DNA from: Chiloscyllium plagiosum
Taxonomy: Eukaryota
NCBI RefSeq assembly: GCF_004010195.1
Contig: NC_057750.1
Coordinates: forward strand, 8,399,294-8,463,293
Length of the DNA stretch: 64,000 bases
Direction: 5' to 3'
The position numbers and the translations under genes are program-made. Shown here piece by piece: positions 11,836 to 24,815 of the stretch. The first letter of the stretch is position 1; the number at the start of each line of letters is the position of its first letter. Below the pieces are notes generated by a model that did not search any database, was not told the DNA's origin, and saw only the letters and a list, made by a program, of their open reading frames with translations.

Positions 11836-14142
11836 AAATGTGCTGCAGGTATATGAGGGAGGGAATTCCAGGATTTTGACTCAGCGACACTAAAGGAGCA
11901 GCAATCTATTTCCAAGTCAGGATGGTAAGTGGTTTAGAGGGGAACTTGCAGAGTGTGGTATTCCCATGTGTCTGCTGTCCTTGTCCTTCTCGATGGGAGA
12001 GATTATGGGTTGAAAGGTGCAATTGGATTGCAGTACATCTTGTCGTAGATGCTTCTGTTACTGAGAATTGGTGGTGGAGGGAGTGAATATTGAAGGATAA
12101 TGTAAGGGATGACAATCAAGCGGGGGCTGCTTTGTCCTGGATAGTGTTGAGCTTCTTGAGTGTCGTTGGAGCTGTACCCATCCAGGCAAGTGGGGAGAGT
12201 TCCATCACACTCCTGACTGGTGCCTGATCGATGATGGACAGGCCCTGTGAGAGTCAGGACGTGAGAGAATTCCCAACCTCTGACCTATTCTAACAGCATC
12301 TGTAATTATATATCTGGTCTAATTCAGTTCCTGGTCCACAGTAAATCTCAAGATATTATTAATGGGGAATTCAGTGATGGCAATGCCATTGAATGTCAAT
12401 GGGAGATGGTTAGATCTTCTTTTGTTGGAAATGGTCTTTGCCTGGTACAAGTATTACTTGAACATCATGAAATCATCAATGAACACCTCATTTCAGACCT
12501 TATGTGGGAAGTCACTGATTTTAGAACAGGCTGCTAGATGTTAATAAGGAGAACGATGCAGGGTCAACAGATTTTTAAATTGTTATTTCCAGGGCCTGGA
12601 TTGATGCCACCTGGTCCGTCTGGTTTCTGAATTTAGATTTTATAGGGTTTGATACAATATTGTGGCTTGTTAAGCCATTTGAAAGTGAACCACGTCAGCC
12701 AGAGAGTGTAAGGATGGCAGATTTCCTTCCCTAAAGGGCATTAATGAGGCAGGTTTTTTTTTTCAGTCACTGTCATTGAAACTAACTTTCAATTACAGAT
12801 TTTTAGTAAATTGAAATGAAATCCCACCAGCTGCCATAGTGGGATCTGAACCTGTGACTACATGGGCCTGTGGATTACTAGTCTAATCCGTTCCATTCAG
12901 TCAGAGTGCAAGACCTACAATGGGTCTTGAACGCAGGACCCACTGACTTAGATGGTGAAGGTGCTACCCACTGGGCTGACAAACTTGGTTTCTCAATGTC
13001 AGTGATCCTAGTTAACTTTGCAGCATTCACTGTCACATGACTGCTTGCGCTTAAATTAGCCACGTGGCATGAATGTTGCATTGTCCGATGCTGAACTTTG
13101 TCGCAGTGTGTATGGTTAAGCAATCCATTCATAAATCCTGGATTTGTATCTGTGTGTGTTTTTAGAGATAGGAACATTGGTCATAGATTGAAAGAGGGGA
13201 TGGGCAGCAGAAGACTGGGAGCAATATTGTTGATCTAATCGAAGACAGAACTTCAAGTCTCCAGGGCAAATTAAATGAGTTTGACACACATTGGTGCGGC
13301 CTATCTAGTAGCTGTTTGATTGCCTATTCCTTCTCCAGGGTTTTCAATGATTCAGAGCATAAAAAGACAATGTATTAAAGGTCAAGTGATCAGGTTTTTT
13401 ACCTTGGACCAAAAAACGTGGTCCTGTCAATCCTGAGCATTAATGAGCTATCCTGCCTGCCCAGGGGCAGGTCTGTTCTGCTCAGGACAAACTGCATCCA
13501 AATCTCCACATGGAAGGTATTGGCTGCCAACTTTCGGGGAGATGGGGGTCTCTGCTCCATGCACCTGCAGCCTTATAGAGACATTTACCTGGATACGTAG
13601 TAACTTATGTTTATATAGTGCCATTAACAGAATGGAGGCACTTCATTGGAGTGTTGTTAAAGTCTGTCACCGAGTCACAACAAGTTATTTGGTCAGGTGA
13701 CTCAGCTTGGACACAGAGGTAAGTTTAAAGGAGTATCTCAAAGGTGAGGGTAAAGTGGAGAGGGTTAAGGAGGAATTCCAAAGCTTGGGCTCAAGGATAT
13801 TGAAGAGGCCAGACTTAGAGGAGTGCAGAGAGTGTTGGGTTAGAAACGGGCGAGCCCATGGAGGATTTGAAACTAAGGATGGGAAATTAAAATCAAGATG
13901 TTGCTTGATTGGGAGTCAGTGTTGATGCATGAGCAGGGGGTGGTAGGGAAACAAGACTTTGTTGATTTGATTTATTGTCACATGTACATAAGTACAGTGA
14001 ATAGCTTTGTTTGCGAACAGTATAGGCAGATCATAGTAAGCAAGGACATACAGATCATAGGGTGAAAAAAAATTGGACGAAGTAAGGCATACAGGTTACA
14101 CCACACAGGACATGTGCTGGGCAAGATCAACATTTACAAGAT

Positions 14143-14329
14143 GTGGAGGTGCCGGTGTTGGACTGGGGTGGACAAAGTTAAAAATCACACAACACCAGGT
14201 TATGGACCAACAGGTTTATTTGGAAATACTGGCTTTCAGTATTTCTAGTTACCTGATGAAGGAGCAGTGCTCTGAAAGCTAATATTTCCAAATAAACCTG
14301 TTGGACTATAACCTGGTGTTGTGATTTTT
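14143..14329. mobile_element. Fold-back PLE terminal-repeat insertion (family 2) with hammerhead
   Basis: Inverted arms ~14178-14239 and 14272-14331; 14-bp direct repeat aacatttacaagat at 14129-14142 and 14330-14343. Confidence 0.85.
14253..14281 (+). ncRNA. Minimal hammerhead ribozyme (family 2)
   Basis: ctgatga a ggagc agt gctct gaaa gcta; palindromic AGCT stem III. Confidence 0.75.
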
Positions 14330-14804
14330 AACATTTACAAGATCAGCAATATTTTAAGTTAAAGAGTCCATTCATCAGATTAATAATGGTGCAAGTTAAG
14401 ACATAGACAGCAAAGGTTTGGATTACCTCAAGTGAACACGCATGGCATACATGCATCTACACGTACACATGCACATACACAAGCACCATCCTAAATGCTA
14501 TCTCTTTGACAAGGCCAGTGGCTAACACCTCTCTTCTCCATGTCTTTATCCATTTTGTCTGTCTTCATTCCTCTGTGAAGATTCTTAATTACATTAAAGG
14601 CCCAATGTTACTTCTTATTTCAAACTTATGTTGGTACAGTGAATAATATTGAAGTTCAGAACTCAAGACCAACGTCACTCCTTGGCCTCAGATCATTGAA
14701 CTCAATTGTAGAGCTCCTGCTCTGCCCATTCAGATAGTCCATCAGAGCATTGTCTGGGGTTTAATCTTGCGGGTCATTCTTCTTGTTATGAAAATTGCAC
14801 TAAC

Positions 14805-15008
14805 GATAAAGTTTCCAGACTCCTACTGGACTATAGGGCTGTTCTCTCATTAGAGAGAGATAACTAGTCGTGGTTTAGCCTGAGGGTCACCACACCTCAC
14901 ACAAGAGGAGAGATTCAGACAACCTTAGCTGGTGTGGGAATTGAATCCACACTGTTGGCAGTACTCTTCATTACAAACAGCTGTCTAGCCAGCAGAGCTG
15001 ACCGACCC
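14805..15008 (-). mobile_element. tRNA-derived SINE (family C); related copy at ~33340-33520
   Basis: Reverse B-box gggaattgaatcc and shared body tttagcctgagggtcaccacacctca / tttaacctgacgatcaccacgcctca. Confidence 0.6.
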
Positions 15009-15679
15009 GCACTGCTGTAACCCATTGGTTGTTCTGGAGTCCATGACTGGTAGAAAATGGAAGCCCAATAAGCCCTTTATTGAGCTCTGCTTTACAATTC
15101 TTTTCACAGGCCCAGTCACTGATGTAGACAATATGAGGGCTGATCTAGATTATTTGTAATATATTTTGAACTCTGACTGCAGTAAAGTGCTATACAGATG
15201 TAGGTTGTTGTTGTAGACTAGCAATGCAATGAACATTAAACAAAAATGTGAAAGTCTTCCCTTTGGAAACAGTCACTGACCTTGTTACCTGGTAAAATCT
15301 GTGGAAGAAATCAATTAAAGTGCAATTGTTTTATTGAAAGCACATTGTGGAATACTTGGTGTTTAATTGTGATATGGAAATGCTCTCTTTTTCTTTAAAA
15401 AAAATCATTGCTGATTGCAATCTTAATCCTTCTCTAATTTCCTGGTCATAATCCTCAGAAGGAGGTTTATAGACTGATTGAAATCCTGGTCACGACTGTG
15501 GTTTGTCCACTGTCCCTTCCTTGTGATAGTTTATAGTCCTCATTCGCTGGCTGGCATTCAGTCAATGGTTACAATTTCTCTCATCACCAATTTGGTGTAT
15601 TTTTTACTTTACCTTTCAGTGGATTTAGTGTTCAAGGTCATTGAGAGAAACTGGATTTAATTTTACATTTATCTTTGGG

Positions 15680-16008
15680 AGATGATGGCCTAGTGGTATT
15701 ATCGCTAGACTGTTAATCCAGAGACCCAGGTAATGTCCTGGGGACCTGGGTTCAAATTTCCCCCCGCCCCGCCCACCCCTTCCCCCAGCAGATTGTGGAA
15801 TTTGAATTCAACAAAAATCTGTAATTATGAATCTAGTGAATATCCTTGAGGGAAGGAAATTGCCATCCTTACCTGGTCTGGCCTACATGTAACTCCAGAC
15901 CTCACAGCAAATAAGGTTGATTCTCAATTATCGTCTGGGTAATTAGGGATGGCTATAAATGCAAGCCGAGCCAGCAACGCCCTCATCCTGTGAATAAATT
16001 TTTAAAAA
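15680..16008 (+). mobile_element. tRNA-derived SINE (family B), near full length
   Basis: gatggcctagtggtattatcgctagactgttaatccag...gggttcaaat head; tail aattagggatggctataaatgc shared with the second LINE family. Confidence 0.8.
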
Positions 16009-16164
16009 TGTTAAAGGACCAGTTCTGATCAAACCTTTCAGTCATAGAGTCATTCAGCATGGAAACGAACCATTCGGTCCAACCCATCCATGTTGTCCAT
16101 TCTTTACAATGAATGGAACTTACTTTTATTTACTAGAACAAAATCTGAAATTACTGAAAAAAGG

Positions 16165-16252
16165 GTTACTGAGGAAGGATCACTGGACCCAAAGCACTAA
16201 CTCTGATTTCTCTCCACAGATACTGCCAAACCTGCTGAGATTTTCCAGCAAT
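16165..16252 (+). mobile_element. Degenerate PLE terminal-repeat fragment (family 3) with decayed hammerhead; related piece at 18680-18805
   Basis: ctgaggaaggatcactggacccaaagc followed by ctctccacagatactgccaaacctgctgag...ttccagca. Confidence 0.55.
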
Positions 16253-17074
16253 CTGTTAAAGCATTGCATTAGTACATTACCTTTCTGAGCTGCTGAGCAT
16301 CCCAGCATACCTTGTAGCCAATGACGTGATTCAGAAACGCAGTCATTGTAGTAGGAAGTACATCAGTCAATTTATGTACAGGAAACTCCTGTGAGAGCTT
16401 TAGCACTCAACTCTGCCTGAGGAGAAGGGTGGAGAGGAGGCTGTCAGGAGGGATGAATGATAACATGGATCAGGGGGACTGAATGGCCTGGTACTGCCTC
16501 ATGTTGCAACATGGGACGTGAAGGGAATAGAGGCACAACTGACTGGGAAGCCATCCGCTAGTGCACTCTGCAATGACTGTAGGTGGTTTAACATTTTGGA
16601 AGATCGAGGTGTTGATTGTGTTATCTTGATGTGGGGTGGCGGAGGAAACTGTGATGCTCCTTGTGTGGTTTTAGCCAATGGCCCACAATCCTGGTTACAT
16701 CTCAGACCCAAGACTCCCAGAGGACCTTTGCCGGGAGACGTCTTTTAATTAACTATAAAGAGTTTGTACGGGCTGCGAGCATTAATGGCAATCACTTAGA
16801 CTGACAGTGTTGTCGAGTTGGATTTCACTGCGATCTCCTGTTTACTGGCATCAGAAATGACAAATATTAACAGGTTTATTTTAGTTTGCTGCTTTGATTT
16901 GTCTGCTCAGTAATCAGTCATCTTGAAACACTCCATCACCACCAGAGTGAAATGGTACAAGTGACATTGCTGCGCTTATTTAGCATTTTGGTATCAACGC
17001 ACAGGAGGAATACTCACACATCAACTAACGCATTTCGTGTGATGATCATATTTAATAATTACTACCACCATTGT

Positions 17075-17500
17075 GATAGACCTGTCCCCATCAGTCCTTG
17101 GCCACAGTGTTATAGTGACAGAACTGGTCCCCCAACAGTACAGTAACCTAGTGATATACAATCACAGACCTGTACCTTAGTGTTATACAGTGGCAGACCT
17201 GTCTCACACCAATAATGTACTCTGATGTTGTATAGGACAGATCTGTCCCCACCAGCACTGTACCCCAGTGTTGTACAGTGCAGACCTGTCCCCACAAGTA
17301 CTGTACCCCAGTGATATACAGTGGCAGCCTGTCCTCACAAGTATTGTATCCCAGTGATATACAGTCACAGACCTGTCTCACACCAGTAATGTACCCTGAT
17401 GTTGTATAGGACAGACCTGTCCCCACCAGTACTATACCACAGTGTTGTATAGTGACAGACCTGTTCCCCTCATACTATACCCTGTGTTTTGAAGTGACAC
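17075..17500. repeat. ~44-bp minisatellite (cagacctgtccccaccagtactgtaccccagtgttatacagtga-like)
   Basis: Unit starts at 17194, 17238, 17281, 17325, 17368, 17412, 17456. Confidence 0.92.
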
Positions 17501-19794
17501 ATTTCACTCACCCTGTAATTCACTGTCAGGTATCCATTATTCTATATATAACCTGTGTTGATCACTAGATGAAATTGTAGCCTATATTTCATACTAAAGT
17601 CTATCTGTAGTATTAAGTATGATGATGGGTAAAGAAATAATCAGTCTTTACTTCAGAACAATTTAGCTTTCAGTACCCTCCTCCTTCCTCTTCTCCACAA
17701 CACAAGCACAAAGTTGGCTGTGGAATTCTCTTTCTATGTCTGCTCTTAAAAAAAATCTTTAAATGTCTTTTAACTGCAAAAGCAAAGATCCCTGAAATCT
17801 ATCCCGTTCTTATTATAAATATTGGAGTTTTTTTTGTTTGCAACACTTTGAGAAAAGCTGATACAATGTTTTTTTTTGTTAAGACCAGAGAATTTCAAAG
17901 AGCAAAGGATTTGCATCTTTTTATCAATGTTATTTTAAGCACTGATGTAAAGGAAAAGCAGTCATCTACAGTGTGATTATTGCTGAAAAGAGGGACATGT
18001 TGGTGAAGTTTTTCATTTTGCATTCATCAGGAGACATGCAAGAATGCCAAATTTCACATGAAAACAATTTATACTGCAGGAGAAAAGGAAATAAGATTAG
18101 CCAGCAAGTCAACACTGATTGGCCAAGATGTTGCTATGGAGAAAGTAATGGCAGCTGTAAGCTCCCAAAACTTTCTGGTAATTCCAATTGCTGCAAAGGC
18201 TGAACACATTCCTTTTGTTTACAGAGAACGGGTCCCTATTTATGGATGACTGTCACTTTAAGGTATCTTAAATTGGTTGTAAGTGTAGCTTTTGACGCAC
18301 TTGGGATTGTTTAGTTAGTGCTGCCCAATCACAGAATTGCATTAATAGTAGCTTTGTTTTGGGATCTGCAGATGTGGGCTGTCTGAGTGTGATCTATACC
18401 CTGTCTGTTATGACCAACCAGAGTAATGTGCTATTTGGTTTGACTGGACTTTTTGCTGGGTTGTATGACCTACTTATGTTGCACTAGCTCTAAAAATCTC
18501 ACGCGAACTTCCTTAATTGTGCATCATGTGACAGAGCACCCCATTTCTGGAAAATTTCACTGCATTACCACAGCATGGGAATCAATAACACTGCAAAGCT
18601 TCCTTTCCAGACTTAATCATTCAGACCACACCCCACCCCATCCTGTTTTCCACATAAAAATTGTTTTCCTAGCTACCGTCAGTTCTGAGGAAGCATCACT
18701 GGACTTGGATTTCTCTCCTCAGATGCTGCCAGAGCTGCTGAGCTTTTCTAGCAATTTCTGTTTTTATTTCTGATCTACAGCATCTGCTGTTCTTTCAGTT
18801 TTCAGCAGTTGAAATGTTAGGGTCCTAAGTTCTGAGGTAGCAATAACTACAGAGCTCTAATCAAGGGCCAACAGCCATGCTTCCACTCTAACAGGGCAAA
18901 TTAAGAAGGAAACCAAAAGCCTTTTTAAAGATAACTATTTGTTATATAAGGAAAAGGAAATAGCAAGGCAGATACACGAATATAAGAACTGCAGGCGGCT
19001 GAACGTGGGGTTAGGGTGATGGGTTTGCTTCCTTTGCCTGAGATTTTGATCATCTCTTGCTCCTGTGTTTCCAATATTGAGCCAGATTTGAGAGATTACC
19101 CCATAATAATGAGTGGGGAGGATTGATGAGGGAGCAGTGCTATATCATAAACAAGCTTTCTGAATCTGTTGTTTGTGGGATGGGAAGGAGGCATTTTGCA
19201 GTCTCAAATAAAATGAGTTGGCATAAGAAAGACCAAGTCTTGATTTTTTTTTTAAACAGCTCGAGGATACGGGGCACACAGAATCACAGATGAGGCAGAT
19301 GCTGCAAGAACGGGACAACACTGAAAGTATAAGAGACAATGGTTTTTAACCGAGAGAATAGGGTTAGCCTGTGGAATTCAGCCACAGAAACTGGTTGAAG
19401 CCAAAACATTGAATGTTTTCAAGAATGAGTTGGAGATAGTTCTTGGGGATAAATGGATCAAAGGGTTTGGGGAGAAAGTTGGAACAGGGGACTGAGTTGA
19501 ATGATCAGCCATGATTATATTGAATAGCAGGGCAGGCTCAAAGGGCTGAATTGTCTGCTTCTGCTCCTATTCTACATGCTTAGGAAAATGCTGGGGAGAA
19601 AGTAAACAAAAAATGTTGCATTTATTTAATGCCTCTTAATATTCCAAAGCCTCTGAAGCGATGATGGAGAATATGACTGAAATTTGATTATAGGAAAACA
19701 GTTAAAGCTGGAGTGAATGAGATAATCTGATGTGGGTTGAGGGACACAGTATCTTTCACTCTTCTGTGAGTCCATTTGAGGCTTGAAAAAATTG

Positions 19795-19855
19795 TTGTGA
19801 CCCCTTCAGTGAGAATTGTGAGATTGTGACCCCTTCAGTGAGAATTGTGAGATTG
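19795..19855. repeat. Perfect 29-bp tandem duplication
   Basis: ttgtgaccccttcagtgagaattgtgaga x2. Confidence 0.95.
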
Positions 19856-20949
19856 GAATAAGGGGACGATGAGAGCAGGAGACCAACTTTTTTTGGGGAT
19901 TGGAAGATAGCTGTCTCTGTGCATTTGATCCCAGCTCACAATTAGGGTCCTGATGCCCATTTTGGGAGGATAAGTTCTACATCCACATGAGAGAGTAGCT
20001 TGGGGAGGGTGGGAGGTTCCTCATTTAAAGTCTCACCTGGAAAAACACCACTGCAGACAATGTAGCACTCCCTCACTGCTGCAATTTGAGTGCCAGCCTA
20101 GGTATTTCCTGAAGTGAGCCTCAAACCTTTGACCTTGTTGACTCAGAGGTTAAATGCATTCTCCACTGGGCCATGACTGACACTCCGAGGGTTTTACAGT
20201 ATTTGTTTCTGTCTAGGTCTAGGTGGTACTAACATGTGGGATTTCCCTCTGTTCGACCTGTTATTGAGGATTTGTGAGGGTGCTTACAGCTGTGGATATT
20301 AATTATAGCTGTCAGCTGCCTAAATTTATAGACTTACCAAGTTTGTGTCACACTCATAGTCTGGAAGCCCAGATGACAAACACACTCCAAAGAGGTACTA
20401 TATCCCCTGTTTGCTTTTCCACTAATTCCAAATTACAGTTCTTTCAGAGTAAGAGTTTGATGCCTGGTTGCCATGATACATAGTACAGAATCATTTGACC
20501 CTCACATAAACATTCATCACCGCACCTACTCAATACATAACATGTATGGGACAACACATACAAGTGTTCACAACCCAAGCGAGTGTACACGTTATGACAT
20601 GCATGACTACACATGACACGCACACTGAGTTTGCTAGTGTCCTTTTGAGAAGAAAACTGTCATAGAGTTAGACAGTACGGAAGCAGACCCTTATATCCAA
20701 CCAGTCCATGCCGAACTAGTCCCACCTGCCTTCTCCTAGCCCATATCCCTTCAAACATTTTTATCCTTCTCTGATCTGGCCTACATGTGACTCTAGACTC
20801 ACAGCAATGTGGTTGACTTTTAACTGCCCTCTGCACAATTAGTGATGGGCAATAAATGCTGGCCTAGCCAGCGATGCCCACATCCTGTGGCTGATTTTTA
20901 AAAGTCAAACATGGACGCACACAAAGATAGTGAAGAGGAGAGCCTTAGA

Positions 20950-21730
20950 CCACAAGACAATATAGACAGTTTGGACTGCGGGAGATGGAATTTAATCCTG
21001 AAAAGTGTGAGGTGACATATTTTGGAATTTAGAACAAAGGAAAGGAATGTGTGACACTAGGAAGTATGGAGATTCAGATGGACCTGGGTGTGCATTTCCA
21101 TAGGTCCTTGAAGGCAGTAGGACAGGTAGCTAAAGTGATTAAGAAGGCATATGTAATACTTACCCTGTTAGTGAAGGCATTGAATACAAGAGCAAAGAAG
21201 TTATCATGGAACTGCGCTGTGTACACTTGTAGTCACCAGGCTATAGGGTGTGATCACTCTAGAGGGGGTGCAGAGGAGATTCACTAGGATGTTGCTTGGA
21301 CTGGAGCGATTCAGCGTTGAGGAGAGGCTGTGTGGGCTGGTGTTGTTTTCCTGAGAACAGAGAAGGCTGACCAGGGTGGGATCTGACTGAAGTGTACCAA
21401 GTTATGAAGGGTATAGGTAGATTAGATAGGGAGAAACTTTCCTCTTTAGTAGAGGGGTTAATAAGTCGGGGCCACAGTTTTGAGCTAAATGCCAGGAGGG
21501 CTAGAAGGGATTTGAGAAATAATTATTTCACTCAGAGGCTGGTGGGGATCTAGAACTTACTGTCTGAAAAGGTGTAGACAGGAACACTCAAGATATTTGA
21601 GAAATATTTAGATGAGTACTTGAAACACTACAGTATACAGGATATGGGTCAAGAGCTGGAAAATGGGATTAGATCAGATGTTTGATGACCATGTTTGAGG
21701 GCCTTTTTCTGTGCTGTAAAAACTCTGACT
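20950..21730 (+). mobile_element. Degraded CR1 LINE 3' fragment
   Basis: MEFNPEKCEV...QMDLGVHFHRSLKAVGQVAKVIKKAY relic and CR1 tail. Confidence 0.82.
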
Positions 21731-22324
21731 CTAATTGTGCACTCAACACATGCACAAGCATACACAATGTGTGCAGACACAATGTCCAACAGTACACGAC
21801 ATGCCTTCAGACACAGCACATGGACAAATATGACGCTACATGCATTCTTTAGTATTTCAACAACAGATTGTGAATTTCCGAACACGTTTGCACAAATTCT
21901 GAAATTTTCAAAATAAATCTGCTTGATTTTATTAGATTCTGTTGCAAAAAAAAAGATTATTCCGAATGCTGAATGAAAAATTATTTCAGCAAACTGCGTG
22001 GCAGTATTTCAAAATAATGTTCAGTAAGATTATTCAGGCTGTTGAGAGGGTTGAGAAGAGATTCTCTGATAGCAGGGATGAAAGTCTTTAGTTAAGAGGC
22101 AAGTTAAGAGGGATGACGAAGGCAAGAACAATACAGAATAGAGGAGGCTAAGCAAACATTTTTTCAGATGCTCAAAATTAGGGCATATGAAGCAGTGAAT
22201 ATGGAAAGGCTGCTTTCATTATTGTGTGAGTAGTTAGAGGATATAAATTTAAGACCATCACTAAAATGAAAAGATCGGGAAATTATGTTAATTTAGTGAG
22301 TTCTTAGGACATTGGAGAATGGTT

Positions 22325-22965
22325 TTTACTCTCGAGCTAACCCTGTGCTGTCCCTACCCTGGGACTGTGTCATGGGGACAATGTATAGAGAGCTTTACTC
22401 TGTATCTAGCCCTGTGCTGTCCCTGTCCTGGGAGTGTTTGATAAGGATAGTATAGAGAAAGCTTTAATTTGTATCTAATCTCATGCTGCTCCTGTCCTGA
22501 GAGTGTTTGATGAGGTTAGTGTAGAGGACTTCGTACCTAACCTCGTGCTGACCCTGTCCTGGGTATGTTTGATGGGGACAGTATAGAGAGAACTTTATAT
22601 CTAACCCCTATGGTCCATGTTTTAAGAGGCATTTTGGATGGGTATATGAATAGGAAGGGTTTGGAGGGATATGGGCCGGGTGCTGGTAGGTGGGACTAGA
22701 TTGGGTTGGGATATCTGGTCGGCATGGACTGGTTGGACCGAAGGGTCTGTTTCCGTGCTGTACATCTCTATAACTTTAATACAATATCCTGGAAGTGTTT
22801 GATAGGGACAGTGTAAAGGCAGCTTTACTATATATCTAACCCTGTTGTGGGAGTGTTTGATGGGACAGTGTGGAGGGTGCTTTACTTAAACGTTATAAAA
22901 GATTATAGTGAGCTTTATTTTCAGTTTTAAGGAGTAGGAGCTTTACTCTGTGTCTAACCTCATGA
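22325..22965. repeat. 69-bp minisatellite interrupted by a CR1 3' tail (22620-22775); orphan units at ~26018-26115
   Basis: Unit ctaacc.cgtgctgtccctgtcctgggagtgtttgatggggacagtgtagagggagctttactctgtat; starts at 22337, 22406, 22475. Confidence 0.92.
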
Positions 22966-23694
22966 TGCACTAAAATAAAAATGGAAAATGCTGGGAACAC
23001 TTTGCAGATCTGGTAGCATCTGTGGAGAGGTGAGTTAAAGTTTCAGGTTGTTGAACTGAACTGGTTCAGTCTCAACATCGTTTTTGGGACCTTGCTGTGC
23101 GCAAAACTGGCAGTTGCATTTCCTTATTTCTATTTAGCTGAGGGTGAAACGTTCGGAGATATTCTATGCAGATGCAAGGCCTTGCTTTTCTGCTTTCTTT
23201 ATCCCAGATTCCATAACTGTTTGTATGAACTTTGTAAATAATATGCTGTTGACTTGAATTCTTGGCCACTATGGCCTCACTTATTGCACTGCTATTTACA
23301 AATTGTGGTAGAAAAAAAATTGCAAATTTTCTGCCCAGAATACTTTCCTCTCCTTTGTGTGTGTTTGTCTGTGTGAGAGTCAGAGTGGGGGTGGGAGATA
23401 GTTGTTGAATTGAAGCCTCAATATGAAAGCAGCTCAGAATGTCGGGGAAAGTGCTCTCCAGGCAGTACCTCTTGCGACAATATCCCCTTTGTTGCGCTAA
23501 GTAGGGAGGGATCACTCAAGAATTCACATTCAAATTTCTAGGTTCAAATCCAGTCCACGTCGAGGGGATGGACTCTGCTTGCTGCGATGCCTCGGAGCTC
23601 ACGATCCAGGGCCACGCTCAAAGAGAAAGGAGAAAGCTCACTGTTGTCGAAGCTTTTCAATAAAAGTTTCCAGGCGAAATTTAGGTAAAAGGCA

Positions 23695-24115
23695 AAGAAA
23701 GACGTGCATTGACGTAGCGCCTCTCACCTCTGCCAGCTGTCCTGGCAGCGCTTTCACGGCAAGTGAAGTGGTGAAGTTATCTATGCAGGCAAGGTAATAG
23801 CTGATTTACACACAGCAACATCCCACAAACTAAAGGCTGCGTCAGCCACATCATAACAGTGAGATCGTCTCTTTTGGGAATGTTGTGGGATCAGGGCAGC
23901 CCAGACACCAAGGGGAAACTCCCTTTGCTGTTCCTCAAGATTCCCACTTCCCCAACTCCTCCAGGATATCTTGCATCCATTTACTGATTTAGGAGGCGGG
24001 GGAGGGGGTGTGGTGGTCGCTGGTTAACAGCTCAACCAGCGGATACCATCTCTGACAGGGCAGCCGGCCTTGGCTTAGAGCTCAGGTCCTGGAATGGGCC
24101 TTGAACCCAAAACCT
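23695..24115 (-). mobile_element. DeuSINE-like relic with L2-type tail; further relics at ~20000-20180 and 37700-37910
   Basis: aaagacgtgcattgacgtagcgcc tail, cacacagcaacatcccacaaac, reverse B-box ccttgaaccc. Confidence 0.5.
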
Positions 24116-24352
24116 GAGTTACTAAGTTTCTGTGTCTGTGCTTACCCTGAGAGCCAGGCAGGTGTGTTAGACCATAAGCTATAGGAACAGAATTAGACTG
24201 TTTGGCCCATCTGATCCACTTTTCAATCATGGCTGAAATGTTTCTCAACCCCATTCTCCTGCTGTCTCCTTGTAAACATTGATCTCCTTTCTCATCAATC
24301 TATCTGTCTTAAATACGCTCAATGACTTGGCCTTCTGCGACAACGAATTACA

Positions 24353-24815
24353 CAGATTACCCATCTCTGGTTGAAGAAATTCCTCCTCATCTCAACTGTA
24401 AAGGGTCGTCCTTTCACTCTAAGGAGGTGCCCTCAGTTCTAGTCTCTTCCACTAGTGGAGACTGTGGAACTCATTGCTGCACAGGGCTGTGGAGGCCAAG
24501 TTATTGAGTGTATTCAAAACAGAGATAGGTAGGTTCTTGATTGGTAAGAGGATCAAAAGTTACAGGGAGAAGGCAGGAGAACAGGATTGAGAAACACATC
24601 AGCCGTGATCAAATGGCAAAGTAGACTCAATGGACCGAATGGCTTAATTCTGTACCTATATCTAATAACTTGGCCTCCACAGCCCTGTGCAGCAATGAGG
24701 TCCACAGTCTCCACTAGTAGGAGAGACTAGAACTGAGGGCACCTCCTTAGAGTGAAAGGACGACCCTCAGAGTTGAGATGAGGAGGAATTTCTTCAACCA
24801 GAGATGGGTAATCTG
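24353..24815. repeat. Local inverted duplication of ~153 bp, built from CR1 tails
   Basis: 24353-24505 is nearly the reverse complement of 24664-24815. Confidence 0.92.

Larger units (their letters stand above)
9750..12540 (-). mobile_element. Second LINE family (clade not assigned) 3' region, split by the CR1 insertion at 9836-11835
   Basis: Tail at 9750-9835 resumes at ~11840; minus strand encodes an RT C-terminal-like relic (VRSVMELSPLAWM); homologous to 47560-48000, 55200-56430, 57830-58300 and 61350-61615. Confidence 0.7.

Noticed and set aside
14143..14329. Fold-back elements as DNA-transposon MITEs
   Set aside because: Arms are asymmetric, breakpoints and TSD lengths vary between copies, and they contain PLE-type hammerheads.
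22325..22965. CRISPR-like arrays (also 17075-17500)
   Set aside because: Whole units repeat with no unique spacers, there are no cas genes, and the context is vertebrate.
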